Shown here one piece after another: positions 38,847 through 52,843 of a DNA stretch of 64,000 bases. The DNA comes from Auanema rhodensis. Its lineage: Eukaryota; Animalia; Nematoda. A program made the position numbers and the translations under genes. The stretch covers positions 8,804,001 to 8,868,000 of the forward strand of contig OZ059897.1 in NCBI GenBank assembly GCA_964057225.1, given 5' to 3'. How positions within the stretch are numbered: position 1 is the stretch's first letter; each line of letters starts with the position of its first letter. The notes below the pieces were generated by a model, which saw only the letters and a list, made by a program, of their open reading frames with translations, was not told the origin of the DNA and did no database searches.

Positions 38847-40624
38847 AAGGGACAAGCACAACGGTGTGCCTTCTAGCTAGAAAATCTGCTTCTGAATATA
38901 TTCAACAAATGATAATTTGAAATTAAATCTAGAGGATGTAGTAGTATTTGGCCCTAGGAAGCTGGATGAACAGTAAGCCGTTCGGCCGAAGACAAGAAGC
39001 TGAAAAACGGTAAATTAGTTTCGAAAATGGGAAAGCTCAAAAGAGAAATGAAGAGATGGAAAATAGACGATAAATATGGCGATGAAATGGATATCAAGGA
39101 AAAGGATAACGGTTGAAAATGATAAAAACATAGACGATTTTCCGATTTCGTCTACAAAAAATTGGCAAGAATCTCGAAAAGGCAGGTTGAGAGTAGAGGT
39201 ACAGCCTCCCAGAATGAAATTTATAGTCTGAAGATTGACGATTATCGTAATGAAGGGTGGTAGATCAAGATGGTTAAAAGCTGAATTTGGACTGAAATAG
39301 GTTAAATCAGTGAAGAAACAAGGAAGACAATGCAAACAATGCAACCGATTGGATTCCAGGAATCAGATGAGCGAACCGGAGAGGTTAAGTGACGACAGCA
39401 ATAAGCTGAAGGTTGGAACACAGCCCATGAGCGTCATGGCATGTATACGACTACGAGCCCAATGCGGACAACAATGAAATATATATTTATATTTAGAGGA
39501 AGGAAACTATCTGAAGACGAAGAAGAACAGCCAGGTGTGTAGTTGGAGTAGTAGATGGAGACTGAATTGGAATAATATTGAAGAAGGCCAGAGGGAAAAG
39601 AGGAACTTATAGATAGAGAACAATTGGAGAGATGAGTGAGAGAGAAGGAACTTTCCTATCTTGGCATCAACACATCGAACCGTCAATTGATACAGTTGCA
39701 TGGACGAGGCAGAACAGGGAAGACAGTGGGGGCGGTTCACAAGAAGACGGGTGTCTCCGCCTACTGTGACGTTGATAGGAAGCAAGCCAAGGCGGTCTAC
39801 GAGGGTGCTACATATACTGCCGACAGCAATTACTGATGATGTTTCATATGATTGAAAGTAGAAGTTGATATGTGTGATGCTTGGAAGTTGATATGAAAGG
39901 AACAGCATCAAGTTCGAGCTGCCATCGAGACCGACAACAATTGAAACAACTGATAAGGAACAACAGGAAAAGTGTTATGAAACGGATTAACCAAATCATT
40001 ACATAAGAAGGAGAAAAATTGGACGCTTGATGAGAACAAAAGGATGATTAGCGCATATTTCGCGGAAATTTTTAAGGAAAATTGGTGAGAAATCAGGTGT
40101 ATTGTCGGTCGAATCTAAGATCGCCATCATCCTCACGTCCTATTTGTCGAAAAAAACATAATTAAAACGGTGAAAACTCCAAGAAAAATCGAACAATATA
40201 TAGACTAAGGTTATTGAGCTTTGATACCGTGTGAATGAAATAAAACAATAAAACTTACTAAAGGAATATAAAGTAAATAGAACATTACTTATAAGATTAA
40301 GCAAATATATGACATTTTACTCTCATTATTCCATAAAAAACTGTTCAAAAATCTGACATATTTTAGAGATTTACGAAATGTTTGAGGAAATTATGACAAA
40401 ACAGCAATATAACAAGATACATATATTACATTTACGTAATCGTATCAAACAACATCATTTTTTTTATTCAAAATTAGCATTTAGATAGTAATTTATTTAG
40501 AAAAAAATAGAAATATATTGTAAAAGATATACGGTAGATAATGGCTATGTAAATTTGATCTGACAACGAAATCTAGTTTTCCAACTACTGTTAGCCATCC
40601 TTAGATGTTATTTATCCATACAGG

Positions 40625-40659
<35 letters not shown>

Positions 40660-41283
40660 CTGTGGGTATTTGTATGTTTTTTAAGGAATTTTATAGAAAA
40701 AAAAGAAGGAAGAAGAAATGAAGTAGAGGATTGCATCATTATCATTTCAATTAATATAAATTTAATAAAAAATATTTATAATTATATTATACTATACTAT
40801 ATATATATATATGTTTATAGATATTAATTTATTATTTTTACTTACTTATTTGTACAATTTAAAGTAGCGCAGCAGCATAACTTGAATTGTAAAGAATACA
40901 CTTATAGGCATTGGAATGAAAAAAAAATGAATTCAAAAAGAAAAAATAATAATTTGTCATTCAAAAATGATATATTCTGATGTATGTTGTAATCAATAAC
41001 ACGCCTTTTTGAATTTAAGTTCACGTAAATTTACGTGAAATTCAAATATGATGATGTTGATTGTCATTCATTTTTACCTTAGCTCAGACGTTAATTGGTT
41101 GTTCTTCACACCTTCCCTATATTCATCTATTGTCATCGCTTTTCTCTTCTTTTCATCTTTATATGATATTCTTCACTCGTTTTGTTACTTTATCATCTTC
41201 TGTTTTCAAATTCCTTTATATCTTTCACAAACCTCTCAACAAACTATCTTTCCTCTTCTATTCCTCAACACTCCTTCTTCACA

Positions 41284-41298
41284 TCTCTCTTCTTCTTC

Positions 41299-41369
<71 letters not shown>

Positions 41370-41691
41370 TTCCTTTACATCTTCTTGTCTCTCTCTATTC
41401 ATCGTCCCCCTTCTCGTGTCTGTATATCTAATCCAGATTGCTTGATCAACCGGATTTCTCCATATACATAAGCCTATATTCAATCATTTAATGTTTCAAT
41501 TGAATCAACTGACCACTGGGTGGTGATAAAAAAAGTTGTTTAAACACATTTTATATGGTTATATAATAAAAATTTATTTTTAATATAAAAATTTGAACTG
41601 AAAATTTGTTTGATGATTTGAATACCTTGATAAGGCATATTGTTTAATTTCTATATATAATACGAAAACTCTAAAGACAATTCTTTTAGAA

Positions 41692-41782
<91 letters not shown>

Positions 41783-41822
41783 AAGAGAGAGAGAGAGAGA
41801 GAGATGAGAAGAAGAAGAGAGA
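41284..41822. repeat. Inverted pair of (CT)n and (GA)n tracts sharing an interrupted junction
   Basis: 41284-41322 is the reverse complement of 41784-41822, including the ttcttcttctcat interruption. Confidence 0.8.
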
Positions 41823-42361
41823 AAGAGAGAGAGAAAGAGGGAGAGAGAGAGAAAGAGAGAGAAAAAGATGCTAATATGAATCAGGAAAAAAATATGATCA
41901 TTACAAAAAAAGAGAGGTGATTTAATAGGAGGTAAGTTGGAAATGGTGGGTGGAGACCAATACGAAATTTTCTGGTTTCTATTACTTTCTTGCTGATAAA
42001 TTATTTGAAATAATGTTTTTTGTAAACTTTATAGTAATAACCAGAAGACAAATATCAAAAGAACAAGTTTCAATATTAGAAGAGCAGCATAATGAGAATA
42101 GATAGTTCAATAAGAATCCTAAGATTATTCATCTTTTCGGAAAGTAATTAAAGCTTTTTTATCATATAAGCATGATTAAATCACAAGATATAACTTATAC
42201 TTTCATGTGAGACATAAAAGAATTATTTTTGTCAATTTTTTGCCAAAGTTAGCCATTTGCAGTGTGACGAAAGGAAAACGATGTTTTAACATCCTATAGT
42301 ATGCCAAGATTGGCTAGCTAGGTAGGTTACAACCGACAAAGTATTTCTTCCTTCATCTCTC

Positions 42362-42406
<45 letters not shown>

Positions 42407-45400
42407 GTTTCTCTCTCTCTCTTTACTCACGAGAGTACAAAAGTTGTTTTACACAATTTTATACATCTTACATAGAAATAGTTATATGTGAAATGTTAAT
42501 AGAAAATTTATCTTATCTTTGATGACCATCATCACGTTTCATTTTCTTTTAAGAACTTTTATATTACTGAAAAGATTTTCTTTTAACATTTCAAACTGAT
42601 ATTATCAAGCTATTGAACTGTTTTTCTTCGTTAAAATTCAATCAGCTGAGTTTGCAACTTTCTATTTTGGAACAAAAAATATTCAACGTTTAGCTATTCT
42701 CATGACCTCTCATGATCTAATGCTTTGATAAAAACAAATATAATATATATATTTATGAATATCCAGGTAAGAAGAATGTTTTATAAAAGAAAAACTTGAT
42801 AGAAAACAATTTATTTCTAAAAATAGCTCATAATTGAAGAAGAAGATGATGATGATGATGAAGAAAGAAATGAAGAAACATTTTTCGCGGTTAAACTATA
42901 TACTTAACTAGAAACTAACTATGTATGTTTCAAAAATATACAAAATTGATTTCAAAGAAATATTTCTTTGTTCAGTAGCACATGATGATGAGGAGATGAA
43001 AGATGAGGAATTAGGAATATTAATGTTGTAAAGTATTTTATTTTCACAAAAATATATTTAGAACATCCTTGTTTCTAACACATTTATACCATAAAAAGAG
43101 AAAGAAGGAAAGAGAGAAAGATAGAGAGAGAGGGGGGGGGGGGAGGTATGAAGAAGAAGAAGAGTTGTGATGATTAAGAAAAGAATGTTGAAAATGGAAA
43201 AATTCTATTAAATGGATAGTTTTTCAGGTGGATTCATTGAACATTAGTAGGAAAATTTTTCAGAAACATTGGTCCTAAACGAAGACAGTTAACGAGTAAA
43301 ATTTCAATTTGAAATCATGATGACATACATATAATTTGAATTTTTTTGTTATTTGGAAAAAAATTTTAAATTCAATTCTTTTGAAGGCTTCTCTTCATTT
43401 GTACTAGCAACGTCGTCATTTTTATCATTATATTCTTCTTTTTTTTTCGATTTCTTCTTCGCAAATGTAAGAAAGCCCGAATGGCTTCTGAAGTCATTGA
43501 CGATCATCTTGGAAGACGAGAGCTGATGGAGAACAGACATAGGCAACAACATCATTTAATGGCAAAAGAATGTTAGTTATCCACATTAATAGGAAAAACA
43601 TAATATGCCTGTTAAATATTACTAGATAACTGATTGTCTAGTTAATCTTACAGGAAAAGGAATGGCACAAGGAGAAGTAGAAAAAAAAGGAGAATGAGAG
43701 AGAAAGAGAGAGAGAGAGATAGAGACTAAGAAAATAAAAGAGAATAAGAGAGAAAGAGAGAATAAGAAAAATAGAATTGAGGAGATCTTGAATTTATTAG
43801 ATTGATGTATAGTTGATGAAAGAAATGGAATTATTAGGTGAAGCAAAAGCCTAAGGAAGGAAGAGGACAAACGGTTGAAATGAACGAAAATCGTACATAT
43901 ACTTAAGCTGTGTATAATGTGTTTTTTTTCAATAATTGTACAATTAGCTGTATGATGATGTGTGAAGAGAAAGATGGAAACCCGTTTGCCGTCCAAGAAG
44001 CAGAAGGAGTGAACACATAGATAGAGAGAAGGGAGGGGGGGGGGGAGAGTCCAAATTTTCTTTTTTTTTTCTTGTTGTCTGTTAATGAATTATTTTTTAT
44101 TTCTTCCATACCCTGATAAGAGCTATTTTCAAAATTACAAACAATGTGTCATTTTTAATTTTCATGTTTCATAAACCGAAGAAGCACGAAGTGATTGAAG
44201 GAAGGCTGACTGTATGTGGTGAAAAGAGGACATTGTCATCAACGTCTGTGCTTCTACTACTTTTGATGATTGTGTGTTAAAGCTGTTATGCTTCTTCTTC
44301 AGTTTTCTCAATATACAAGTTATTGAATGAAGAAATATCAATAGACACGGTTATTAAAACTGAAATGATTGGCAAGTCTTTCACAACCACAAGATATATG
44401 TATGTGACCTTCAAGAGAACAATTTTGATCTTTGTATATGAAGAAGCTTAATGACCAGTTCAGCAGAGGAAAAACTGTATAATGCGCAGTAAACCCAATA
44501 TCTGAGAGAACGATAGTGATGGATAGTTAAGAGATGACTTTGAAAGTTGTCTCAATATCAGAAGGGAACACGATGAGATGAAACGAGGACATGGCAATCC
44601 CGTATATTTCAAAAAAAAAACGAAAATAAAAGAAAATATAACAAAGATTACTTATAATATTTATGATTAAATGAAAAAGAAATACATGAAAGTTATAAAA
44701 AACACAATAATTTTTTCTTGGAATGATATCGTAAAATTGTCTAAAATTGAAGAAAAAATGCTTCAGATGCCATTGAAGACGATTGTAAAATGTTCGCAAA
44801 AAAGGAATCTGATGACATAGCGATAGATGTTGAAAGACAATGATCTTGTCGATGTGGAATGCCCTTCATTAAAATCTCTTTTATCGAAGTTCTCTTGTAA
44901 CTCAGCTACACATACATGAATATCTCTATAACCTTTGTGTTGTAGTTCAGTCGTTTACCTCCATATTGCGTTCGTTCTCTCTCTCTGATTCTGTCTTTCT
45001 CTCTCTCTCTCTATCTTTACCAACTCTAGTTCTTTCTCTCTTAATACTCTCCTTCAATAATTCCGTCTTAGTTCATCTTTAGCAATCTCTCACTCACTGT
45101 AATTTCTTTATCACCTAAAAGAGAAAAAAGCTTGTTTTATGCTTGTTTTGTCGATCAACCAACGAGCTTTTTTATTTGTTCTTTCACCTACCACATAATA
45201 AAAAAAGAAAAAAAGCTATTTTAATAGTAAATTTCAAAAAAAAGAATTATTTTTTTACACGAAACTGTTAAATATAATTGAGAACAAGAGGCTTCTTTGT
45301 GTCCGACAGTCAGATGAGAGGGACTGGGGGGAGAATACAACGATACGACGATCGACATACTAGTAGTAGATGACATGACAAGCAATATCACAAAAATAAT

Positions 45401-45834
45401 TTGATTTATTAGTATTTGAAAACAATGAAAGACGAGGTGAAAATTGAAGAAAACGATGATTTCAGATGACGATAACCTTACTGTCAAGAATCTGAGGCTG
45501 TTCTACATATGTATGTAAACGAAGGCTGAGAATGAAAAAAGACATATGCCGACCACGTCGTCGTCGTCGAAATAATCGCTGTCGTCATCTCTCCAACAAT
45601 CTCCTTGTTTGGCTTAGCTACTAATGAGATTTCGTTCTAACCTATAGTTCTTGATTTTCATAAAAGGTCATCTGGCTTTTCCGGCTAACGAACTGTTCAA
45701 ACATGAAAAACGACAAGTTCGACTGATTCATACTGTGTAAATCCTTCAACCTAAGCTGTAATGGTAGTCAAATCTACAATTCCATCGTAAAAAAAACGAA
45801 CAAAAAAACGTTAAAGATAGATATAGAAAACTCT

Positions 45835-45884
<50 letters not shown>

Positions 45885-47364
45885 AAAGGAGAGAACTTGT
45901 GAAGATATAACATCTTCTATACTGATTGGATCGATTAAAACTAATTAAATGGTAAAAAAAAAGGTAAAAGTAATGTGAATGTACCGATCAAATAGCTATG
46001 CACTAGTCGTTATTTTCCGAATTTTTTGATAAAAACTACTGAATATTTCTGTTTGCTTTGATGAAAACGCATAACTTCTTGAACTTGCAAATCATTTTGC
46101 CTTTTCTAATTTCATCAAACTGTCTATATGGCTATGCTTCCGCTCCCTCATTAACGACAACATGTCATTCAGGTACTTATGTGCCATCTCTTCTTTGCAT
46201 CTCTCTCTCTTTCTCTCTCTCTCTCTATCTCCCCCCTCTTTCTCTCTCTCTCTCTCTCTCTTTCTTTTTCTTTTTCGATCTCGTTCTCTCTGTATGTGTC
46301 TGTATGCAGATGGCACTGAAAATCAGCAAATTAATTTGGTAAAACGGAATGGCTACTACAATTTCTACTTACGTCATCACTAGCACCACTTCAATTACGT
46401 GGAATATCTCAGATGGCTACCACCTTACCCGGGGCCCCAAATTGTGCTGATTTTCATCAGATTTTACGAAAACATAGTTGAAATCTTATATGATGAGATG
46501 AAAATTGCAAATGATCTTTTATGTGTCAAGGTCCGCAGAATTCGACAACGAACTGGCAGGAGGACATTTTTTTTGTTTTCTTATCCCACAAACTTACAAC
46601 TAGATCAAGACCTCAACATGTTTGATCTCATGCCATCATCGATATTCTTCGTCTTTTGTCCCCCCCCCTCGTTTTCCTCCTTCTTTCCATCATGTATAAC
46701 TCGTTGATTTCCTTCCACAAACTATCTTTCATTGAGTTCGACTATCAGGGTCATGGCAATATGAAACTTTTGTGTTTTGTTTCACTTACTAAGCCATAAT
46801 CATTTACAAAACTGAGGGAAAAAAAGAATGAATGAAATAGTAGCATCATGTACAACTTGAAGATTTTTTTTGTTCAAAAACTTGAAGCGTAACGTTCCAC
46901 AACTTCGAAATTTGACCAGATAGCCACTGTGGCTTTTTTGCAACATTAGGAACTCAGGTTTCACATGTAAAAGAGGACGAAATTAAGAAAAAAAAGTTTA
47001 ATGTTGTCTTCTTACTTTCAATATATAATATGATTCTCCATGTCATACAAGCATTATGTTCCAGTTCAAGTTTGAAAAACTTGCCCATTCTGTGAAGTAT
47101 TATTTCTGATTAGTACAATGCTCCGTGTAATATGTAGGCCAGTTCCTTTTTCTTTTTTAGAATAGAATACTATAAACAACTTAATATCAATATTTAATTA
47201 TTTATATATTTATAAAACACATATATAAATAATAAAATTATATAAACAATTTGTAATAATATATGAAAACTTGAATAAAACTTTAACTATTGACTAATTA
47301 TTTAAAACATTTGGGTTTTCTCATTTAACTTTAATCAATGTAAAAACTCTCTGTTACTCTCTGT

Positions 47365-47410
<46 letters not shown>

Positions 47411-48694
47411 ATCTCTTTATCTTTATCTGTTTTATTGTTATAGTTTATTATTATTATTTATATAGTTACATATAGATATTGGAAAAAAACTTTATTGATA
47501 CGTATACAGCATGAAACATCAAATTATTGAAATCACAGTAGTGATACGAGAAACAGCTATACAATTATACGAATTTTCTGAGAAAAAAAATGAACAGAAT
47601 TGTGGAAAAAAGGAAAAAAAAAGAAAAATTTATTAAAAAATAATTAATTAATAGAAAAATGAAAAATAATAAAATTCTGTGCATTTTCGTTTTCAAATGA
47701 ATACAATAGACAAGACTTTGTTGCCTAAAACATATTTTTGGATGTTGTGGTCGATTTTGTTTTTTGTGAGTTGTGTTAACGGAAAATGCCGGATCTTGAA
47801 ACTGACTTGATCCGCTGATGATATTGGGTTCAATGTCTGAATAGATCCGTTCAAGACCAGCTTTGCTTGGGTAAGAAATAGCAGCTGAGCCATGTGGCGA
47901 TATATGACTTCAGCTAAATCATACATTAATCTATGTATAGATATAAATACACCAAATAAATACATGTAATAGAGCACACCGAAGAAAATGCGGATAGCTA
48001 ACTTATAATTTTTGGGAATGAAATATGCAGCTTTAAGAATTATATGAGAAAATGAAAAGAAAACGAAAAGCTAGCATTGAAGATATTACATGAAGCAGCA
48101 ATAGAGTATGCTGACACTAGACATTCATGAAGTTTCCGATAGCTAAGCTCATACAGCTTTAACACATGATAAGAGCAAAGTTGGAAAAAAAGACTAGCGA
48201 GGAAATAGCTAACGATTCATATGTTGTTGTTAGTTTTTTTCAAAATATATATGTGTGTTCACGTATATATTGAATACCAGCTATGAAATACAATGTATAT
48301 TCTGCTATTGATGAGAATTAAGAAAGGAGAGAAGAAAATAGAGAGATAATGGAAATGATTGACATCAATACCCGCACACATGTCGTCTGAATACAGCTGC
48401 ATTCATTTGACCGAGCGAGTTCGAAAGCAATACGAATATTCTGTGGACAGTTGCACACGTCACCGGTACATACACTTAGTTACAATTGCTATGAAACGAG
48501 CTCATGCTTGCTTCACAGAATTGATAACAACTGAAGCAGGACTATCATCCCCAACGCATAAATGAGCTGGGAAGATATGACGAGATTCTGGCTGACAGAG
48601 TCGTCGTCATTGATGCATCAGTAGAAGATTGGTTGGGCTTGGATGTTATTTCCCGTGAAGTAACAGGTTGTGATTGCGACTGTCCGGCGCACCG

Positions 48695-51607
48695 TCAACT
48701 AGAGGAGTCGGACTCATTAGAGCCGACTTCCAGAATTTCGGGATGTCTCTCGATGACACGCATAAGGATGCCGTTAATGTATACTCTAAGTTTTTGGTTG
48801 CATACTTCTTGCTCTCTCAAAGCTTCCATAAGCTGAAACATATTCAAAAATCGATAAGGAAAATACTAAACGATGATGAATTACCTGTGAAGAATCTCCT
48901 CCGATCAATTCATCAGCAAGAGATGGAGTATCAGCAAGAAGTGAATGACCACGTTCAACACTGACAGCTAACATTTGATTCTGAATGTCATCTCTTTCTC
49001 TCGTCAAGATGCGGATTGTTGCACGAGCTTCATCTAGTTCTTCTTCTAAGTCAAGCATCTGAATAGAATGAATGAGCTAACAAGCATTGTTTATTGTAGT
49101 TTACCTGCTCAGCTATTGAGCCCTGTCTGATTCCGCCAGCATTCTTCCGAAGCTCTTCAGTTTGTTGAGTTAATGCTTCAACCATTTCTGAGCTAGAATC
49201 TATATCTTGCTTAGCTTCCTCTTTGAATCTACAATGGTTGAATAAAAAACATAATATTTCCAGCTTAAAGCTTACTTTTTGAACTGTCGTTCCAACTTTA
49301 TTCTCTCATCTTCTAAATCTTCGATAGTCAATCGACTATCATCGAGATCAGCTTTCAATTCATCTGATTGGTCTCTCAATTTTCTAACTTCTTCTTTAGC
49401 TTTCTCGCTTTCGCGTCTAGCTATTAGCAAATCCTTCTCAAGCATTTGATATTTCAATGTGAGACTTTCAGATTCTAATTGTTTTTCTCTTTCTGAACGG
49501 TTCAGAAGGTCTTTAGCACGCATTTTCTCTTCATGAATTTGCTCTTTATATCTGAAAGTACAATAGGATTCATAAAAAAATTCTTCTAAATCTTCTAAAT
49601 ACCTTTGTTCTGTAGTATGTAATTGTTCTTCTAATACATGTAATCGTTCTGTTAAAAGTGCATTTTCCATCTTAAGTCTTGTTCGTTCATCATCACCCAG
49701 TTGCTGCTTTTCCTGCATCTCCTGCATCTGCTTGGAGATACTGTTCATCTGCAAAATAAAAACATAAGTATTAAATTTTTAAAAATTTGAAGAAGAAAAA
49801 ACATTTTTTCGGCATCTTAAATTCTTATTTTTTCTTTTTTTTTAATAAAAATTCTCTAACAAATATTTGATAACTTTATCATAAAATAATCTTATCCCAT
49901 CTCGCCATCCTGATGTCCGAGTTATGAGTTGTTTCCATGTTCCCAGCATTTTTAAAACTTTTTTTATCAAAAAAAAGTATTTTTTGTTCAAAAATAAATG
50001 TAATGAAAGTATGTGATAGATAGAAAAGAAACTACAAGAATTCAATATATTAGTTTGATTGTTGTACACACAGTATTCTCCATAAAAGCTTATGTCGCAT
50101 ACCAATATGAAATATGATTATTCCAATCTTTTGAATTAAGAAATACAATGAAAACGACATCAAAATAGTCGAATATATGTAAGAAAATCAGAAAAGTTGT
50201 AAAATAATATCATTTTCTGGTCAAATCACACATTTTTCTCTTACAAGAAACTATCAATGATTTTACATATTACTTCATACCTCAATACGCTAACAACTAA
50301 CCCGTTTTGGTGACGTCTTTAAGGTTTTACTGGATGAAAAGTGCTTGATGAGGAGCAGAAAATACAGAAATCAATCAAACTGATGGTTACAACTAATAGA
50401 AACAACTTTTCGAACAGAAATCAACGTGTCTTTCTGTCTGGCTAAGTTTGAATTATGTCCAAGTTATTATGATGAAAATATTGGTAGAAATCGATTGTCG
50501 AAAAACAAGAATTAGCAGTAAAGAAGCAAAACATAGTCTGAATTACTCAAGACTGTGAGTGTTTAACATAACTAGATCAAACGAAATTCTGGTATTAGTT
50601 ATACTAACTATACATATTGACAGATGCGTTGTACATGTTCAGTTTGTTCCTCTCATCGTATTTATTTGAATGGAACATCTTAACAGCTTTTTCTTTATTA
50701 AACCTTCTTTCTCCTTCTCACGTCCCTTACAACTTTGGGACTATTTTTAACACAAAATTTGCGTGTTTTTTTTGCAAAGTATTAGGAGGGAAAAATAAAG
50801 ATTTATTTTGATTTTTGAAATTCAGAGCAAGGCACATAAGGTTCAAATTAATATTTTCATTTTTCATTTGACGTGGTTTGATGTCGAAAAATTGAGTGAA
50901 ATAATGATTGTTTTTTCAAAAAAGAAAAAATGAACAACAATTCAAACAGTTAGGAAGATCTAATCTTACATTTTCTTTAATAATTATATAAATATCTATT
51001 ATAATAACTTTAAATATGTTAAATTTTTGAAATAAATTAATATAATTTCATATGATTTAGCATAATCTTCATCAATTATTACCACGTGAACAATTTTATT
51101 TTCACTTGCAAAATTCGTCGTTTATTTACTTTAAAACTATTTGCGTGGAACGGTTGTTTTTTTTTTCAATTTAACCAATATTATCACAATACCGTTTTCA
51201 ACTTCATATTACCTTTCTTTATCAATTCAGTTTTTTTTTATTTTCTATTTGTTAACTCGCGTGTACTGTCTCTCTCTCTCTTTCTCTCTCATTCTTTCTC
51301 TCTCTCTCTCTTTTTAAGTAAACTGTTTGATGAAAGGCATGTAAACTTCACCAGCTGTACTCACATTTGGATTTCCGCTTTCAGGTTTTACTCTTACACT
51401 CACACATTCTCTCGTTATTAATATGAATTGGAACGGAAAAAAATATTTTACCTCACGGGAGAGATAGGATTCCTGCATTTCTTGATCGGAAAATGATATC
51501 AATTCTGGATCAGATCCAAGTGAATCACGTCGAGACCGTGTGCCATACAGACGAGAGGCAACTGAAGCGCTACTCGCCGACGAGCCGTTTAGCCTCATGG
51601 GCGAATC
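48695..51607 (-). CDS. rfip-1: Rab11 family-interacting protein, class II (RAB11FIP3/4, Nuf, rfip-1-like): coiled coil plus C-terminal Rab11-binding domain; shared exons, ~337 aa
   Basis: Exons 51607-51452, 49748-49603, 49551-49276, 49228-49105, 49058-48885 and 48832-48695, all phase-consistent. RTRLKMENALLTERLHVLEEQL..EREKQLESESL parallels FIP3/4 (RLxQENxQLVHRxxxLEE..EREK). SLADEL..LMEALREQEVCNQKLRVYINGILMRVIERHPEILEV matches the RBD consensus (LxxYIDxIxxxIxExxPxILEV). Confidence 0.9.
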
Positions 51608-52830
51608 CTAAAGAACATATAGAATTAATTCTTCAAATTATAAACTGAATAAACTATAATAATAATGATAGTCAGTAACTATATATGTTATGAATTTCTA
51701 TAGAATAATGTAATAATTCAATAGAAATTTATAAGAAATTCAAAAAGAAAGAATAAGAATTGGTTGAGGTTATGTCAAAAGATTTTTAGAAATCAAAAAA
51801 AGGAAGAAAAAAAAACTTTTTAATATAGTAGTTATGACACTAGCTATATCATAACTATTCAGTTAGTCCATATAATATTATATCAATTCACACAACGTGT
51901 ATATAAGAAAAACTGAATAGACATTTCAAGAAAGATCGACGAAATCTGGGTGTATTATAGCTGTTTACAACAAAACTTTTTGATACCAACAATGAAGAAA
52001 AAAAATGGAATAAATGGTTCAAGGAATGAGTGGCGATTGAAGGGTAAAAAAATAAATTTGGAGCTCTTTTTCCTTATTTTCTATTCGGAAAGAACATATA
52101 GAATATATGGATAAAGAATGATGTATATATATATATATATATATTTATGTGAATGAATGGTTATGGAATAATGCTTAAACGTGAACGAATGTTGAATCAT
52201 TTGGTTGACACGGAGAGTATTTCCGTAAAAAGGCCAAATGCTAGAAGAGGGCACACGTCGACAGTTGAATAAACGAAATAATAAAGTTAAAATTAGCATT
52301 TAGCAAATATGAAATATTATATTCCTTTTTAAAACCTGATTATTAATAATTATTTTCATATTTTAACGAAAAACGAGGGCATAATTCACATAGAAATTGA
52401 AATATTTTTATGTTGAAGTTTGATCAACAAAAATTAAATTTCTCGTATCAATGATTGAAAAAAAAGAGTTGTTTTCATTGGATGTTAGAGATATATACAT
52501 ATGATTAATAGAATATAATTGAGAGAAACTTACATGGAAATAAGGCATTGGATTGGGTATGTATAGTTACCGGTAATAATAATATAAAACCCGTTATATA
52601 TAAATTATAAGACAAATTGATAGCTTTCTCGAATAAATTAATTATTGGAATAAAACCTAATGATATATATCTGCCGGTAGTTAGGTGTGGTGTGGTTATT
52701 GTATTCAATTCAAGTCTGGCAGTCTTCGTAGGGTTGATGAATCGAAGAATTCAGATTGACGAATCCCCCAGCGAATCGTAGGAAGCCAAGGCTTGAATGT
52801 GAAAGAGGAATGAGCACGGCACTGAGGCTT

Positions 52831-52843
52831 GTCGCCTGGCAAC
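52831..52843. promoter_or_regulatory. X-box-like (RFX/DAF-19-type) element GTCGCC-T-GGCAAC
   Basis: Matches the GTNRCC-N(0-3)-RGYAAC consensus and lies in a GC-richer island ~1.2 kb upstream of the FIP exon at 51607. Confidence 0.4.

Noticed and set aside
41048-41483. SLSLSL / RERERE ORFs here and at 4172, 46058 and 60533
   Set aside because: Translations of (CT/GA)n microsatellites.
48695-48697. Selenocysteine recoding of the FIP UGA
   Set aside because: No redox motif context, FIPs are not known selenoproteins, and I could not identify a SECIS by eye. Ordinary readthrough is the simpler hypothesis.
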